Positions 12,401 through 26,713 are shown, numbered from the stretch's first letter. The stretch is 64,000 bases of DNA from Gordius albopunctatus (GCA_964276515.1 OZ193909.1:2356001-2420000); one strand, 5' to 3'. Notes: generated by a model not told the origin, from the sequence alone. Translations and numbers: made by a program.

Positions 12401-15400
12401 CTGGTCTCTTTTTCAAATTTCGGCTAAGGCTATGGGTCCACTAAGAAAAACGGACACCAAAAAACCGCTGGTCCGCTAAGGTTTAGTCGATTAAAACTAA
12501 AGTTGGGCCCAACGAAACCCAGCCACCCAGGCGTATAAAAATTTCCCCCACCCCTGTGTTTCCTGCTAGGTACGAAGCCGAGGGTAAATACAAGAAAAAG
12601 ATCCGAGCACAAGAGCTGTGGTACGCTATAATAGAGAGTCAAACGGAAACTGGTACCCCTTACATGTTGTACAAGGATGCGTGTAACGCGAAGAGCAATC
12701 AACAAAACGTCGGCACTATAAAGTGTAGCAACCTCTGTACCGAAATTGTGGAATATTCCTCCCCTAGCGAGGTATCACCCAAAATATAACGACATGCATT
12801 GGCGTAGCTCCATATCCAAAAATTTGTTTAAATTTATTAAAATTTCAAAATATGATCATTATTGCCCACCCCTCTAATCCCAATGCTGGCTGCGTCGATG
12901 TATAATGACCTCTAACAAACTTTGTTAGTTTTAAAACTTTCTCTGGCTGTTTTGTACTAGACAGACTGCCCATAAACTTTAAATGAGTTTACCGTTTTCC
13001 GCCATTTTGAAATGAGGACATATCGATTATAGTAATTTTGCTTTAACGTCTTTTTAAAACGTGTAATAAAGAAATATTGAACTACTTAATCATTAAAAAC
13101 AGCATTTTAAAATAAATATCATTTACAAAATTGATAAAATCAAAAAATTTGGGGTGTTTTGATGTTAAAGCAATCATTTATTTTAACATTCATTTTCATT
13201 TATGAACTAATGAGTAAGGTAAATTCACTTACTTTTTCTGTTTGGACAATCTGGTACACTGCACAGACGTGGGGGATAGTTAAATTAAAAATGGTGGATT
13301 AAATGGTACGCATTTTGGCATATGAAATATATGGCATGAGCACTATTATATTTAGTCTATGCCTCAATTAGATAAAAACTTTTGTATAAATTATTAGTTA
13401 TGTGAACATTACGAGAACTCGTTGTTAAGAGGAAAAAGAAGGATTCCTGCAATAATTACATTATCCTGTATTTTTGAGGCTAATCCTTTATTTTTTGTTT
13501 TGTTTATTACGTCACAGGTGGCAGTTTGTAATTTGGCATCGGTAGCGGTCAATATGTTCGTCAACACCACGGATCTAACCTACGATTTCGCCAAATTAAA
13601 GAAAATCGCCAAAATAGCTACGCGCAATCTGAACAAAATTATCGAAATAAACTTTTACCCCGTCCCCGAGGTCCTTCATTTAATTTTTTTAATTAATTTT
13701 GCAAATTTGAATTTGATATAAATATTTAGCCACGTCTCTACTACAGTCGTGGGTGGGGTTCGTTTTGGTGAGTTTCTTCCATGTTGATCGGGTATTAATC
13801 TTCTTGGATTTCATAACTTTGTTTACTTGCCTTTCCACGTGCCCCGGGGTCGTCCCTTCCTCTCTTCCATTTATATCATTCGCATCCCTTCTTAGTAAAT
13901 GCCCATACCAACTTAGCCGATTTTCGCGCATAATGTCCGCTATAGCTTGAATCCCGAGGTACTACCATGCAGAAAGACATGGGAGATGATTGAATTAAGA
14001 ATGGTCCATTTAATGAGACACATTTTACCATATATGCAACATATGACAATTGAATTTAAGAATTACCCTTTGTTGCCATTATATAAACGTATTCTCATTC
14101 TTTATACCCCTAAAGATAGTTGATCCAAAGGTAACCCTCATGTTAAGCTATTATATGCCATTATAAATCTCAGAAAATTGCTAATTCTGGAGTTATCTCA
14201 AATTAGAAATGGTGTGAAAGTTTTATAGAAAATTTTTAAATTCTAAGGGTTTGTAATAATATCGGATTCAGATTGAAATCGCGCGAATTTATGATTCTAT
14301 AAATTAAATATCCCATTCAATTTCATGGGTCAAACTCGGTTGTAATTATTAATATTTTTGTTTTTCCATTATAGATTAAATCTAAACTTTGCTGATACCT
14401 AAAAATTTATAAGCTCGGGAAAAATTTCGCTTCTCACAGAATCGCAGTTATGTTATGCGTCTCAACTGTAAATCTGCCGTGAATTAGAAGTTAAGATTTT
14501 TGCTGCGCAGTGAATTCCGATATTAAGACAAGCCCTAAGTGTAATTTTTTGGTTATACTTGTAGGCGGAAGTGTCTAACAAGAGGCATCGACCCATAGGG
14601 ATCGGGGTGCAGGGGCTAGCGGATGCTTTCATTCTGATGCGGTTCCCTTTCGACAGTCCCCAAGCTAAATTATTGAACGCGCAAATCTTCGAAACGCTTT
14701 ACTACGGCGCGTTAGAAGCTAGTTGCGAATTGGCCCAGGAACTCGGACCCTACGACTCTTACAAGGGTTGCCCCGTTAGCAAAGGGGTCAGTTTTGGAAA
14801 CGGGCTGGATTATGTTCGGTCCACCTTTCGTTTAAGTCGACTAATAATAAATTTATGGTCTTTTAGTTGACTTAAACCAAAGGGCTCATCCCTTTTTACT
14901 ACACTAAAATCTAGGCGCTAAAATAGTCTTGTTTCATTGTTTTACATAACTATGATGGTACTTGTTTTATTAGAAGTTCTAACTAATAACACAGGTCGGT
15001 CTACGAAAAAACCATCTCCCTATCGCACCCATAATCTTGATAGAGGATTTTGCGCTGAACAATTTTAGGTTTTTCGTTTTAAGCCCGCCTAAACGAGGTT
15101 GAAGGGCAAAAAATGAGCATTCTAACCTTTTTTGAGGGTATCTAAAAAACTGTAGATTTTGGAAAAATGAAAACGTAATATTATTCAGCGCAATATTTGC
15201 GGACCTATGTAATTTAATTAGTTTATTTAAAAAAACAATCGAAATAGTTATTAAAATTTTGTTTTTTATGTTAGACACGAAAAATTATAATGACTTCTAA
15301 GTTATAACATAGACTGGTAAAGGTTCTTGAAAGTTATAAATTAAGCCTCCATGTGCATATTTTTAAGCTTATACCAAGAGCAATTGTGCTATATAAAGTA

Positions 15401-17609
15401 AAAATGATGAAGATTAACGTTTATAGCCAATATACATTAATACATTTAGCGCTGACCCATTATCTATTACTTAAGTAGATATAGATTTTCTTTAATTTTA
15501 TTCTGACGTTAAAGCTCTATATTATGAAATAGTAGTTTTTGAAAGAAGTAGCAAAGTTTAACAAAAAATTACGGCCCGGCTCTGCCCTCATTCAGTATAG
15601 AAATAGCTAATTTACTAATAAAATTTAATTTAGGAAAAAACTTTATATGCATTCGCTGTTTTAGCTATATATATATATATATATTTCCTGTTTCCCGAAT
15701 GCCCAGATATTGCAATACGATATGTGGGGAGTTAAACCGACTGGACTACACGATTGGGCCGACCTCAAGGCTAGGATAGCGCAGTACGGTCTGAGAAATT
15801 CCTTGCTGATAGCCCCGATGCCAACTGCTTCCACAGCACAAATCCTGGGCAATAACGAAAGCATCGAAGCCTATACCAGCAATATTTATACTCGTAGAGT
15901 ACTCTCGGGCGAATTTCAAGTAATATTCAGTGTTTTTAGCTTCCAAAAATTCAGGATTTTATTATTAAGGGATCGGGTGGGCTGTGATATAATTCTAAGG
16001 GTATGTAGCATAGAGACCCCTCAGCGACCGTTATAAGGTCCATTCGACTTCATTTTTTTTAAAGTTGTTTGATTTTATTTGTAACAAAAAATGAGAATCC
16101 GATTTGTGCAAATGATTTGGCATTTTCGCGAGTAATCGCAGAATGTTTGATTTTTATATGAAAAAAAGTTAGACACGCAGACAGACAGGACATTTTTCCT
16201 AGCAAAGGTCGGTCTATAAAATGCTTAATATACGGTCAATTTGCGCATTTAGATAGTGAACCATCACCTTTTGCGCGATATGACAGATCTGGGGCTTTGG
16301 AACGACGATTTAAAAAATCAACTAATTGCCAACATGGGTTCCATACAGGTACGTTTTGTCTTTAAAAGCCCTTTTAAACACATTTTTTATCATCGTTTTT
16401 TGTTGGTATTTCTACTTGCAAGGACTTTTAAACGTTTTTTTTGTTAATTTTTATTCTCGCTTTTCAAATTATAACTGAAAAGCCGACGTAGGCTTAAATT
16501 TTGAGACTCCACTGCCACTTCAAAACTTTTTTTAAAATTGTTTTATGAATGCTTTAATGGATATTTATATAGGGTAAGTGACTTATTAATCGTTTATTAG
16601 CATTTTTGGGATATGTATAAATGTGAGGATTGATATTTAGCGAACATTACTAAAGGAATTGAGGCTATAACTTAAGACATTAGAGATATCAGAAGAAATA
16701 TTGCTGTAAAATCGCTTTATTAATCTGTTTTATTATAATTCCATAGTATTTAATGCTTTTTATGTCGCCTACGTTTAGAAAATTGATGGTATACCCGATC
16801 ATATAAAAGCTTATTAATCTGTTTTATTATAATTCCATGGTATTTAATGCTTTTTATGTCGCCTAAGTTTAGAAAATTGATGGTATACCGGATCATATAA
16901 AAGCCTTGTACAAGACGACTTGGGAAATTTCGCAAAAGGCGATAATAGATATGGCAGCGGATCGTGGGGCTTTCATCGATCAAAGCCAATCGCTAAATTT
17001 GCACATAGCCGAGCCGACTTACGCCAAGATAACTAGCATGCACTTTTACGGCTGGAAAAAGGTTTACTTTTGTCTCCGAATTTGTTGTTGTTTTTATCAA
17101 CGGTTTTAAAAATTAAAAATAATTGTTGATTTTTAAAACATTGCAGTCTGAGAATGGTGTATAATTGATAAAAATCCTATAGAATACACGATAAAAATCT
17201 CAAAAGCATACACAATATGTTTAATAATAGAAATATATATGGCTTTATTTTTCATTTTACCATGGCTTCAACTTACTGTGAAATGAAGCGGGGAGACTCA
17301 TTCGCTGGTCACCAATTGCCCCACAAATTTCTTGTTTAATACTAGTTAAATTTTAATAAAATTACATGAAGATTTTTGGGAATGCTTTATTTGTAGGGAC
17401 TGAAAACGGGGATGTATTACTTGAGAACCAAGCCTGCAGCCAACGCCATTCAATTCACGGTCGATAAATCGCGTTTGAAGGATAAGAAAATTGGTAAAAT
17501 AGCGACCATCCCACCCACAGTGGAACAGCAGCAATTGGTGGAAAATGAGGAAAGATTATCGGCTTGTACCTTAGCTGACAAAGAAGGATGTCTCATGTGC
17601 AGCAGTTAA
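9471..17609 (+). CDS. RRM1: Ribonucleoside-diphosphate reductase large subunit (class Ia RNR alpha), 14 exons
   Basis: Exons 9471-9489, 9532-9620, 9661-9838, 9923-10083, 10130-10332, 10498-10723, 11980-12221, 12570-12771, 13518-13670, 14565-14786, 15707-15919, 16253-16348, 16873-17061, 17397-17609. Motifs: ATP-cone start MFVYKRNG...[22 protein letters not shown] (thiyl Cys), [25 protein letters not shown]-terminal CLMC shuttle. Confidence 0.97.
11137..11223. mobile_element. 87-bp hAT MITE in RRM1 intron 6
   Basis: TAGAGATCTGC...GCAGGTCTTTA termini with perfect 8-bp TSD GTTTAACC. Confidence 0.85.
13725..13960 (-). mobile_element. RTE-clade LINE 3' fragment
   Basis: [15 protein letters not shown]...RSTWKKL is the typical RTE ORF C-terminus. 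Homologous to 26105-26270. Confidence 0.8.
16717..16904 (+). repeat. 94-bp tandem duplication spanning the RRM1 exon 13 acceptor
   Basis: Copies 16717-16810 and 16811-16904 differ at about 3 positions. Confidence 0.95.
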
Positions 17610-19564
17610 AAGACTACGACATCTCGCATTTTTAATATTTTATTCACACTGTCCAAATTATATCATGTATTCCCTTTTATTTTAAACCAAAATACATACA
17701 ATCATCGAATACTGCTGATACAAACACTCTTTCCCAACATTTTTGCTTGTACATCTGTATCAATTATTATCCTAAATTTTTCTTAATATTGCACACATTT
17801 TTAAATAATTCACTAAAATAGTCATTTTATTCCTATTTTAGATAGACTATTGTGTATTTATTGTAACCAACGTTAAATTACTCAAAATTGCTTGTAAAAC
17901 GATTAATAAACGTGATGTTTTTACGCATTTTAAAGACGAGAGAGATTGAAATCAGGGAGTTTGGGATGTTGGAATTAATTTGGTTTAAATTTTTTGCAGT
18001 GGTCGTTTGTTCTCGACCCACATTGAATATATTGAAAAGAAAAGGATACTATGAATGTGGATGTGGCTATTTTGCACACACCTTATATTACCTTCTCACA
18101 CATCACTAGCTAGGTTTATGAATATATTTTACGAACATCTTGATTAATTAAATTAACTTTTCTCAAATTCGCCGACCAATCTCAATCACTTGTGAATAAT
18201 TGCATTAAATGGAACTGAAATAGTGATCACTTTAATTGTTAAATGTTCTAAAAACGAATTGTTTTAGTCAAGTCATCATGTTTTCTCGCATCGAATATCG
18301 CTAATTAAGCCTGAATTATTGTTTTTCTGGCCTCCAAGTTGATTAAAAACATTTATTTTAGAGGATAATTTCAAAAATTATATTGTTTTTATAAGTGTTT
18401 ATTATGAAAGCATTTAGAATCGTTTTGTCAAGACGGCTTTATTTAAACAGATATTAGATGGTAAGTAACGGTTGAAAATCTAATCATAATTGTAGGCAAA
18501 ATTGATTAAATGCTCAGAGGATATATGTTTTGATTGGCTATCAATAATTATTAGTTAAGTTAGTTTAATTATTAACGTTTTTATTTCATTATAAAAGTCA
18601 AAAATTTTTAATTCCACCAAATGACAAATTATAAAATATATTTCTTGCCAAAATTTATTTTTAACCTCAATTACAAATAAAAATCCACTTTAATTTGAAT
18701 AAATATAAATTCCATTTTGCCAATTTCTTTTTATAACCAATTTTAAAACTGGATGATTGTGTTATTCTGTGAGGAACACTACAAAAATTAACTCTTTTGC
18801 TCACGAAAACATGTGATTAAAAATAGACTAATACAATTACTTTCAATGTTGGCGATATTTTTTGGGAGAACAAGATGGGAGGGATCGAGGTGAGGCTTAT
18901 GAATGAATGATTTTTATTTTTTTTTGATATTTAAACATCTTTTTTATAGCAATAAAAAATTCAAATGAAAAATACTATCATTAAATTTAGATAAATTAGT
19001 ATGCTAACCTATATTTTCCTAAAATTATTTATAAAAAGTTCCTTAAATCATTTCGTCACAAGTGGATGTCAGCTTATTTTTTGAGGTTGTATAAGGAGTG
19101 AGCATATTTCTAATTTTAATGAACAAAATAGCCTTAAGCGGGATTAGAACTGCGGGCTTTTCTTTTTAAGGATATCATTAGAGGGAAAGAAGTGATAGTA
19201 AGTCTAATAATTTAGATAAAAATAATTAAATAAAAGGTTTTACATAATGTTTTTTACAAATATTTTTAATTTATATTTTTAAAATTGAAGGTTTTTTGGC
19301 GCGCGTCTTGTAGTATTTATTAAAAAATCAGAACGATTTATTTTTTAACCTTTTTTTGCGAGTAGCTTCCCCTACAAAAAAAATCTGACACTTCAAGCAC
19401 TTTTAGAAAGCGCTAACCCAAGCAGTTTTAGGAATTTAAAGTGCGTCAAAAATTTACATAGGTTAATTTCGAAACTGACCAAATGATGGATGACATTTCA
19501 ACTTAGTTTTGATGGATTTTAAACGCCAGGCATCAATGTAAAATTAAATTTTTTGAGATTCTAT

Positions 19565-20811
19565 TAGAGACCTGCGTGGGCCGGCCCGCTGGCCGGGCTT
19601 GGGCGGACTTCTGCTTCAAAATAAAACAACGGGCCGGGCCTGGGCGGGCCGATATATAACTTAACGGGCTGGGGCTGGGCCTAGTTATACTTAAGGCCCG
19701 TTAAAAGCCCGTTAAAAAATTAATTAGATTTAGTATAAAAGAAGAAGGTGTTTCTATTCTAATTTATAATTATTTTATGTGTATAAAATTAACAAGGAAA
19801 GCTAAATTTTGTTTCCATCCTAGTTCATGGATTCATCAATATCTCAACCCGCATAATAAATGTTAAAGATAATTTATGCATGTGATCCCATGGGCGGAGC
19901 CAATTTAAATCAGAGGGGGTTAGTTTAGAAGATAGGCCAAAAAATGTTTTTTTCGTCAAGAATTTTTGGATTTGGAGGGTGGGGGGCAGGTGCCCCCTTG
20001 AATCCCTATTTATACCCTCTAGCCATATTAAGTGAATTAATTTAATATTATTTAAGATTATTTATATTAATTGCTATGCAATTTATCGGCTCTCTTTTGG
20101 TTATCCATCCGGTCCAACTTGTAATTTTTGAATAATAGCCGTGCAAACTTTTACAGGTTTTTAATGGCCGTGGACTTATGTTTCAGTAAAAGACTTTTAT
20201 TTTGCTTTTCAACCTCGCCCAAGCTCAAATTTCATTATTGTTTTATGTGCCCGACTGATTGCCTTTATTAATGAATTTCTTTGGCAACTTATCTAGGTTG
20301 TTGCTATATATGGGATAATTGCAAAACTGGCTATAATTCCTTGCAAATTAATGCTGACCGTTGCTAACTTCTACTTTTTCTGACCCCGGCCAAATGCCAA
20401 CATTTTTATACTCATTATCATTAACAAATTTAAAAACAAATTCTGAAATTTATTTCTTAAGTTTTTTTTATCACTGTTTTTTGATTTTATACCAATAACT
20501 TAAATATTTAAAATGGTGAAAAAGCAAGTAACTTTATTAAAAACATTACAACCTTAAATAAGGGTTTTAAAAGTTTATTTGGCATATATGGTTTTATGTA
20601 TCCTGCCTGAAGTGTCACTTTTAAATAAATGTCCATGTAGGTCGTTTCTTAAAAGATAGAAGAACTCGAGTGACAGGGATATACCAATTTATTATTTTAA
20701 CAATATTTTTATAAACATTTTTATCACATACATATTGTTACCGGCCCGGGCTTTTAAATTTGTTATTACAGGCAGGCCGACTGACCTAAACAAGCCCGTT
20801 GCAGGTCTTTA
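19565..20811. mobile_element. Non-autonomous hAT element with nested MITE and HINE fragments
   Basis: TIR TAGAGACCTGC...GCAGGTCTTTA, perfect 8-bp TSD GATTCTAT, GGCCCG/CGGGCC subterminal repeats. A HINE 5' end is nested at about 20068. Confidence 0.9.
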
Positions 20812-23015
20812 GATTCTATAATGCAAAATTAAAAGATGAGGTCGTACAAATATGTTTAAGTAGGTTTTACGACACATAATTGGCACGATTTTAGTTGACA
20901 TAGAGAAACAGTGGTACAAGTTCAAGGTAAACTCATCAAAAAATTTGTAATCTAATACGATTTAATGACGTTTCAATCATTGGGAAAAAGATACTAAGGT
21001 CACAGTGCAGCACGAACATAAAAAACTCTGTCAGAGCTTTTTCAGTTGAAAATTAAAGGGGGGGGGATACATCTAAAATCAATAAATTCTTTTCAAAATA
21101 CTAACTTTAAAGATGGATATTTACACTTGAAACTATATTTCTCTAACCGATCTTTATTATTAAAGTTTACATAGTCAGTCTGTTTTAATTCAATTTAATA
21201 GGGTAAAAAAGTTAAGTATTATAAATATAAATAGTAATGCCCATTTTCTGTCTTATAAAAAAGATTTGCGATTATACTGATGTTTCCCTATTTTTTAATT
21301 TTTTAATTTTTAAAGCTTGGGGGCCAAAGATTGTGAGAATGGTTGTCGCAATGCGACAGAAAATTATAGTATTGTTAAATTCTGAGAATTTTATAACAAA
21401 TCTATTGAGGAACCTATAATTTAGCTAAATTGTAATAACAAAAAATAAGAGGGATTAGACTAAAATTTTGAAATTGCATGGTTCAAGGTGATATTCCATC
21501 AATGCAAATATATGAATTATTTTTTAACAAAGTGTTTAAATACTTTTATTAATAAAAATTCGAAAACTTTTACATGTAATTTTTATTAAACTTGATGTAG
21601 TCTTAAATCACTTTAAAGATGTAAAGATTGAATACTTTTTGGGCCTCGATTTACTTTTAAAATTATGAAGGCCCCATTTATCACTAGTGTTGTAAAAAAG
21701 GCTGAGTTTTGTTTGGTGTTCAAGATTAATAGTCAACTTTGGTCTCTTTTTTAAACCTCGACCAAGCATTGAGGTCGACTAAGCAAAATAAACCAAAGTT
21801 TTTACAGCATAATTTATCCCACTAATTGTTTCTTCTCTGCAGAATTGCCAGCAAATTCCAATGAAATTTTGGAATAAGAAAGGAAGGGGGATTAGGAATA
21901 TTGGTTCCCTTTGTAAAAAATGACTTCGAATCAAGTTAAAATGCTTGATGTTGAGCCAACTCTATATACCCTATACCACCCTCGCATTAATTCCAATTTA
22001 TTTGTTCTTCCAAAATAAATGCTTTAATTTTACATTTTAAAAATTCGATAAAATGCATCAATTATAGCCAAAATTTTTCATTTTTTGTGATTATACATTA
22101 GACTAAGATTTTAATGCTTCGTCGTGGCCTGTGATAATCATATGATGTGCTTGTGAAAAGGAAGCAAAGGAGAAGAAGAGATTGAAATATCGTGCGAAAT
22201 TTGCGACTCCGCGCTCAATGCATATTAAATTACAAACCGGTTAACATATTTATTGTCAAAATAGTTAACCCCTCCCCCCGTCCCTCCATTAAATGTTTGC
22301 CAGCGTAATTTTGTATATGATCATTACACTATATCACATTTTATTGTCGTCATTTAATACTAAAAACTCTTCCCGCGTGATCTAGTTTAAAAGATCTTTT
22401 CGAAAACTTATTTTTTACAACATTAATTCTATGCTTGTCCCACTTGTTTTATAAAATTAAAAATTATTTTAATAGTTGAGCCCTCGTGGACCAAAATTCA
22501 TTTTTGTATCGCCAAATGTCCGAATTTTGATTGAACGGTGACAAAAGTTTGACAATATTTTTCATTCAATTTCATCTTGTCCAACAACAAAAAAATTGTG
22601 GTTCGCTTGTTCCGATCAAATAACAAAGTTCGATTAGGAATTTCCGAATTGTCGATAATCATTATTCTCAAACATAAAGGTATTTTAAAATGAAATTCTA
22701 TTATAATAAAATTGGGTGAAATTCAATTTTTTTATTCTAATATAATAATTTAATATTTTGATTAAAATTCTCTGTGACTAAAACTCAGGTTTAACAAAAT
22801 AACTATTTTATATATTTTAATTATATACTAATCATTTTGATATTATTATTTTAAAATGCATATTTTTGTGAAGATTAAATATATAAATAATTTGTTATAT
22901 ATGGAATTTAACTTTCATGCATTAATTTAATTAACACCCTGAATTACTTAAATTAATAATTTTGAAATTTTTATGCTAGGAAAGATCCGCTTTCTTCTAT
23001 ATTGTTTATTTGATA

Positions 23016-23329
23016 AACAAATTTTTTTTCCTGGTTTAACCACATATTATACAATTTTTGATAGAAAAACCATTTTATGTATTATAAATAAAAAATTATA
23101 GCAGGTTTATATCGAGTATCAACAATTTTTTTTCCTGGTTTAACCACATATTATACAATTTTTGATAGAAAAACCATTTTATATATAATATAAATAAAAA
23201 ATTATAGCAGGTTTATATCGAGTATCAACAATTTTTTTTCCTGGTTTAACCACATATTATACAATTTTTGATAGAAAACCCATTTTATGTATTATAAATA
23301 AAAAATTATAGCAGGTTTATATCGAGTAT
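23016..23329. repeat. Tandem repeat, about 105-bp unit x3
   Basis: Unit aacaa(a)ttttttttcctggtttaaccacatatt...gcaggtttatatcgagtat repeated three times, nearly identical. Confidence 0.95.
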
Positions 23330-26104
23330 AAACTTTTTATGTCTTCTGATGATAATCCATTAAAATCATTTTCATTACCGAATCTTGCTACTAGAAGTTT
23401 ATCGGTCAGCTAATAAAATTTTAACAAATGTTCAATGACAAATTTATTATAGCTTAGTTATATATTTTATAAGAAATATCTTGTAGATGCCTAAAATTGG
23501 TGATAGTTTATTTAAGAGGGGAATGGGTCGGGCTTGAAAAATTGCTCTTTATTTATTATAAAAACTTTAGGGGTTTTTTAATAAAAATTTCGATCTACTT
23601 TTAAATTTTACTCAAAATATTTGTCCTTTCAACAGTAGTAAGATTATAAAAAGTTTACATTCTCAACTTTTTCTTGTTTTTAAGTAATACAAATATTTTT
23701 TTTTTAATTTTTGCTTTATTTAAAAAAAATTTGAATCCCCATATTGGCAGCAATACGACGGATCGGCTAAATATCATTTTTAGCTTTGTTTACAATTAAA
23801 GGCCAGTAAATTATTTTTAATTTCAAAGCACATGTGACATAAATCTTCATTTAATTTTGTAAATTCCCTATCTCTATTAGATAATAATTTTAATTGGCAC
23901 TTGCGATTAAGTACTATATATTTCCTGTTAAGCAATCTTCCTAAAGTTTAAAAATTGCTTAAAATCAAATTATCCCTATTTCCACATTATGCAAAATTTC
24001 ATTTAAATTAAAAAATTTTTATTAGCCATGATTATAAAGAAATCTAAATAAATTAAAACTTCTAAAAAACCATAACCAATTTTTCGTGTACCTCAAAAAT
24101 AGTTTGAGATAGAACTAATTATGACAAAAAATGGGACTTTATATGCTAATTAAATGATTACACATTTTTACAGGCTTAGCCAGGGGGTGGCAGGGATGGG
24201 CGGCTACCCCCCTCTAAATCCAAAAATTCGCTAAAATTTAACATAATTATAGCTAAATCCCTAAATCATTATTGCCGCCTTTAAATCTTTTCTTGGCTAC
24301 CCCGATGCATATTTTTAACTGAATTTGGAGCAATTCCTTTTTCATGAATACTTTGAAATTATTTTTGTTTCTTAAGGTTAAAACTATGAGGAATTTTCGA
24401 TTTTGTAAATATGGGCAAAATTAAATTTATGACTTTTTCTAATAAAAATTTTCAAACAGTTTTTTTATAATTTTAACATTAAAAACGTAAGAAATGAAAA
24501 GAATTTAAGGTGGAAAGATTTAATAATGTGACGATTGGAAAATTACTAGGGAATTATAAAAATTTAACAATCATCTCTTAATCTGCCAAAGAAAATGAAA
24601 ATTATTTCCCAGAGGATTAATGTTTTCACATAGTCATAGAGCTTTGGCAACAGTTTATAACAATATTCATCTAAATTATTAAAAATTTAAAAAGCATTAT
24701 TTAATCGATATTTACTCTTTTTTTAAATATATTTATCTCACGTTTGCTTTATTTTGAACAATCATTTCTTAAACCTCCATTTGGAAATAATGTATAAGCT
24801 TTTATATGTATCAAATTTTAAACGACAATCTGATAAAGGCTGGGATCCCCCCCTTAAAATCCAAATAATTTTTATTATTTAATAAATTTATTTTCAGCCT
24901 TATGGAAAACTTGTTATTAATGTTTGCATCTACCTAAACTATTACCAACAATTTTTAATTCCTTTTCACTTTGAATTAGAGCTAGTTGAGCGAGCGCTAA
25001 AGTCGGACTCTAGTTAGAATTATTAGAGCTTTTCATTTACAAAAAAAAACAATTTTGTAATGGGGTGGCACCGTTAATTTATATAATTTTAGAAATTTAT
25101 TTTTATTATATTTGAGCCCAAAACTGTAAAATATATTTTAGATATCGCATAACTACACTAGCTTATATAAAACATGTTATTGACGCATGAAATATCGATG
25201 TTTTTAAAGTCAAAAAGTTCTTTGGCAGGCTTTATAATATATCAAAAAATCAAAAAATTACTTTTAAAACTTTAAAAATACGTAAATTTTATCAAAATAA
25301 CATAATTTATTGGAAAAAATAAATAAAAATGAAATCTTAAATTAAGTTAACAAAAACTTTACGGTTAGCATTGGAAATTTTTTAGTCGTAATTAATGAAT
25401 GTGTTAGCGTGTGGATGCCACCACTAATATCGATTTTTAAAGTTGTTCAATCTGAAAACGCTTACATAAACACAACCGAATACTTTTCTTGTGTTTTCAA
25501 GCAAAACTCAACAACCTTGAACTTGAAGAGAGCGAATGCTGCTATTTATTATAATTATATATTAGGAGCACGTTTAATAATTTCCCAAGAATTCACTAAG
25601 TCTGAAACTTTGGAAAAAACTCCTTAGTTCTTCCTACTAAAATCTGGAATTTTATTGCTTTGAATCCGACTTTTTTTTGGCACGGAGGACTGTTGATTAG
25701 CGAAATTGCTGATTGATTTTGTACCGACCTCAAAGAGATAGTGCTAAAACATTTTTTGTTTTAAGCTAAATCTAAAGATTTTAATTCCATCAACAAACTT
25801 TCTAAATAATATACTTCAGGTTTTATTTTTCAGATAATTCTGCATATATTCTTTGTATAAATTTACAAAATGACCACTTGATGTATACATAATGTGAATG
25901 TGAACTATGGTCCTAAACTTGATAAAAAAAATTTAACAAAAATTGTTGCCTGAACCTAGCCTTTTGCTTATATTTTTTTATAGGCAGAATAGCTTATGAA
26001 TTTAATCCAATTAAGAACAAAATTAAGAAACTTGTCATTTACATTTAGGTTGGAATGCAAAAATGTTGACTTTGTTGCTGAATCCTCTTCTTCATGAAGT
26101 ATTT

Positions 26105-26270
26105 GCTCGCACAGTTGTGTGCTTGGTTTTAATGAGTCACTTTCTTCTCGATCGGGTGAGTGCCATGTCTTGACTAATCTTAGTTTTCAAAACTTTGTCG
26201 ACTTGCCCTTTCCACCTGACACGGGGTCGTCCTCTTCCTCTATTCCCTGATATGTCCACAATTTTCAAAA
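26105..26270 (-). mobile_element. RTE-clade LINE 3' fragment
   Basis: Minus-strand translation ISGNRGRGRPRVRWKGQVDKVLK matches the RTE GxRxRGRPxxxW motif. Confidence 0.75.
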
Positions 26271-26519
26271 CCATAAATTGCGAGCGACTAATATAGTTTT
26301 AAAACGACAATACAACGTTTATTTGTGGGATGGATTGAATGATTTAACATTAAAATCGCTGAAATTTTAGTGTAATAAAGTGACTGAGGTATTTGTTTAA
26401 ACAAAATGTTGAGACAATATTTTTGATGGCTATGCAATTTTTAGATTGTGTCATTTTCGTTTGATAAAACTGCAAAACATTTATTTCAAATTTTGACAAT
26501 TGAACTCCTGCCTCAGCTT

Positions 26520-26703
26520 CATGGGCACACTCAAGGCGATGCAGGGGGGGGGGGCCTTTACCCCCCCCCCCCCCTAAACCCAAAAATTCGTTAAATAATA
26601 ATATTCTTTAGCTAAAATTTAAAAAGAAAATATTGCCTTGTGCCCTTCCCTAAATCTTTATTGGCCCCTCTATTTCCACTCCTGGATAAGGCCATGCCCC
26701 ATG
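26520..26703. mobile_element. Representative of an abundant 150-180 bp hAT MITE family (TIR CATGGGCGTAGCC-like, internal G/C runs)
   Basis: 8-bp TSD ctcagctt/ctaagctt here and gaaattct/aaaattat at 47203-47373. More than ten further copies or fragments, near 443, 7055, 10757, 11554, 11834, 12797, 19889, 24171, 40280, 41567, 45383, 46940 and 48190. Confidence 0.85.
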
Positions 26704-26713
26704 CTAAGCTTAT

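Noticed and set aside
12772..12780. GTATCA donors (also 31166) and GTCCTT (13671) as possible U12 introns
   Set aside because: None matches GTATCCT, and no TCCTTAAC branch site was seen.
17888..18109. ORF ending YECGCGYFAHTLYYLLTHH, zinc-finger-like
   Set aside because: Wrong ligand spacing, TTG start and no supporting exons.
23016..23329. Regular repeat as a possible CRISPR array
   Set aside because: Head-to-tail units with no unique spacers, in a eukaryotic context.
23346..23400. CTGATGA hammerhead core
   Set aside because: No matching GAAA or flanking stems.
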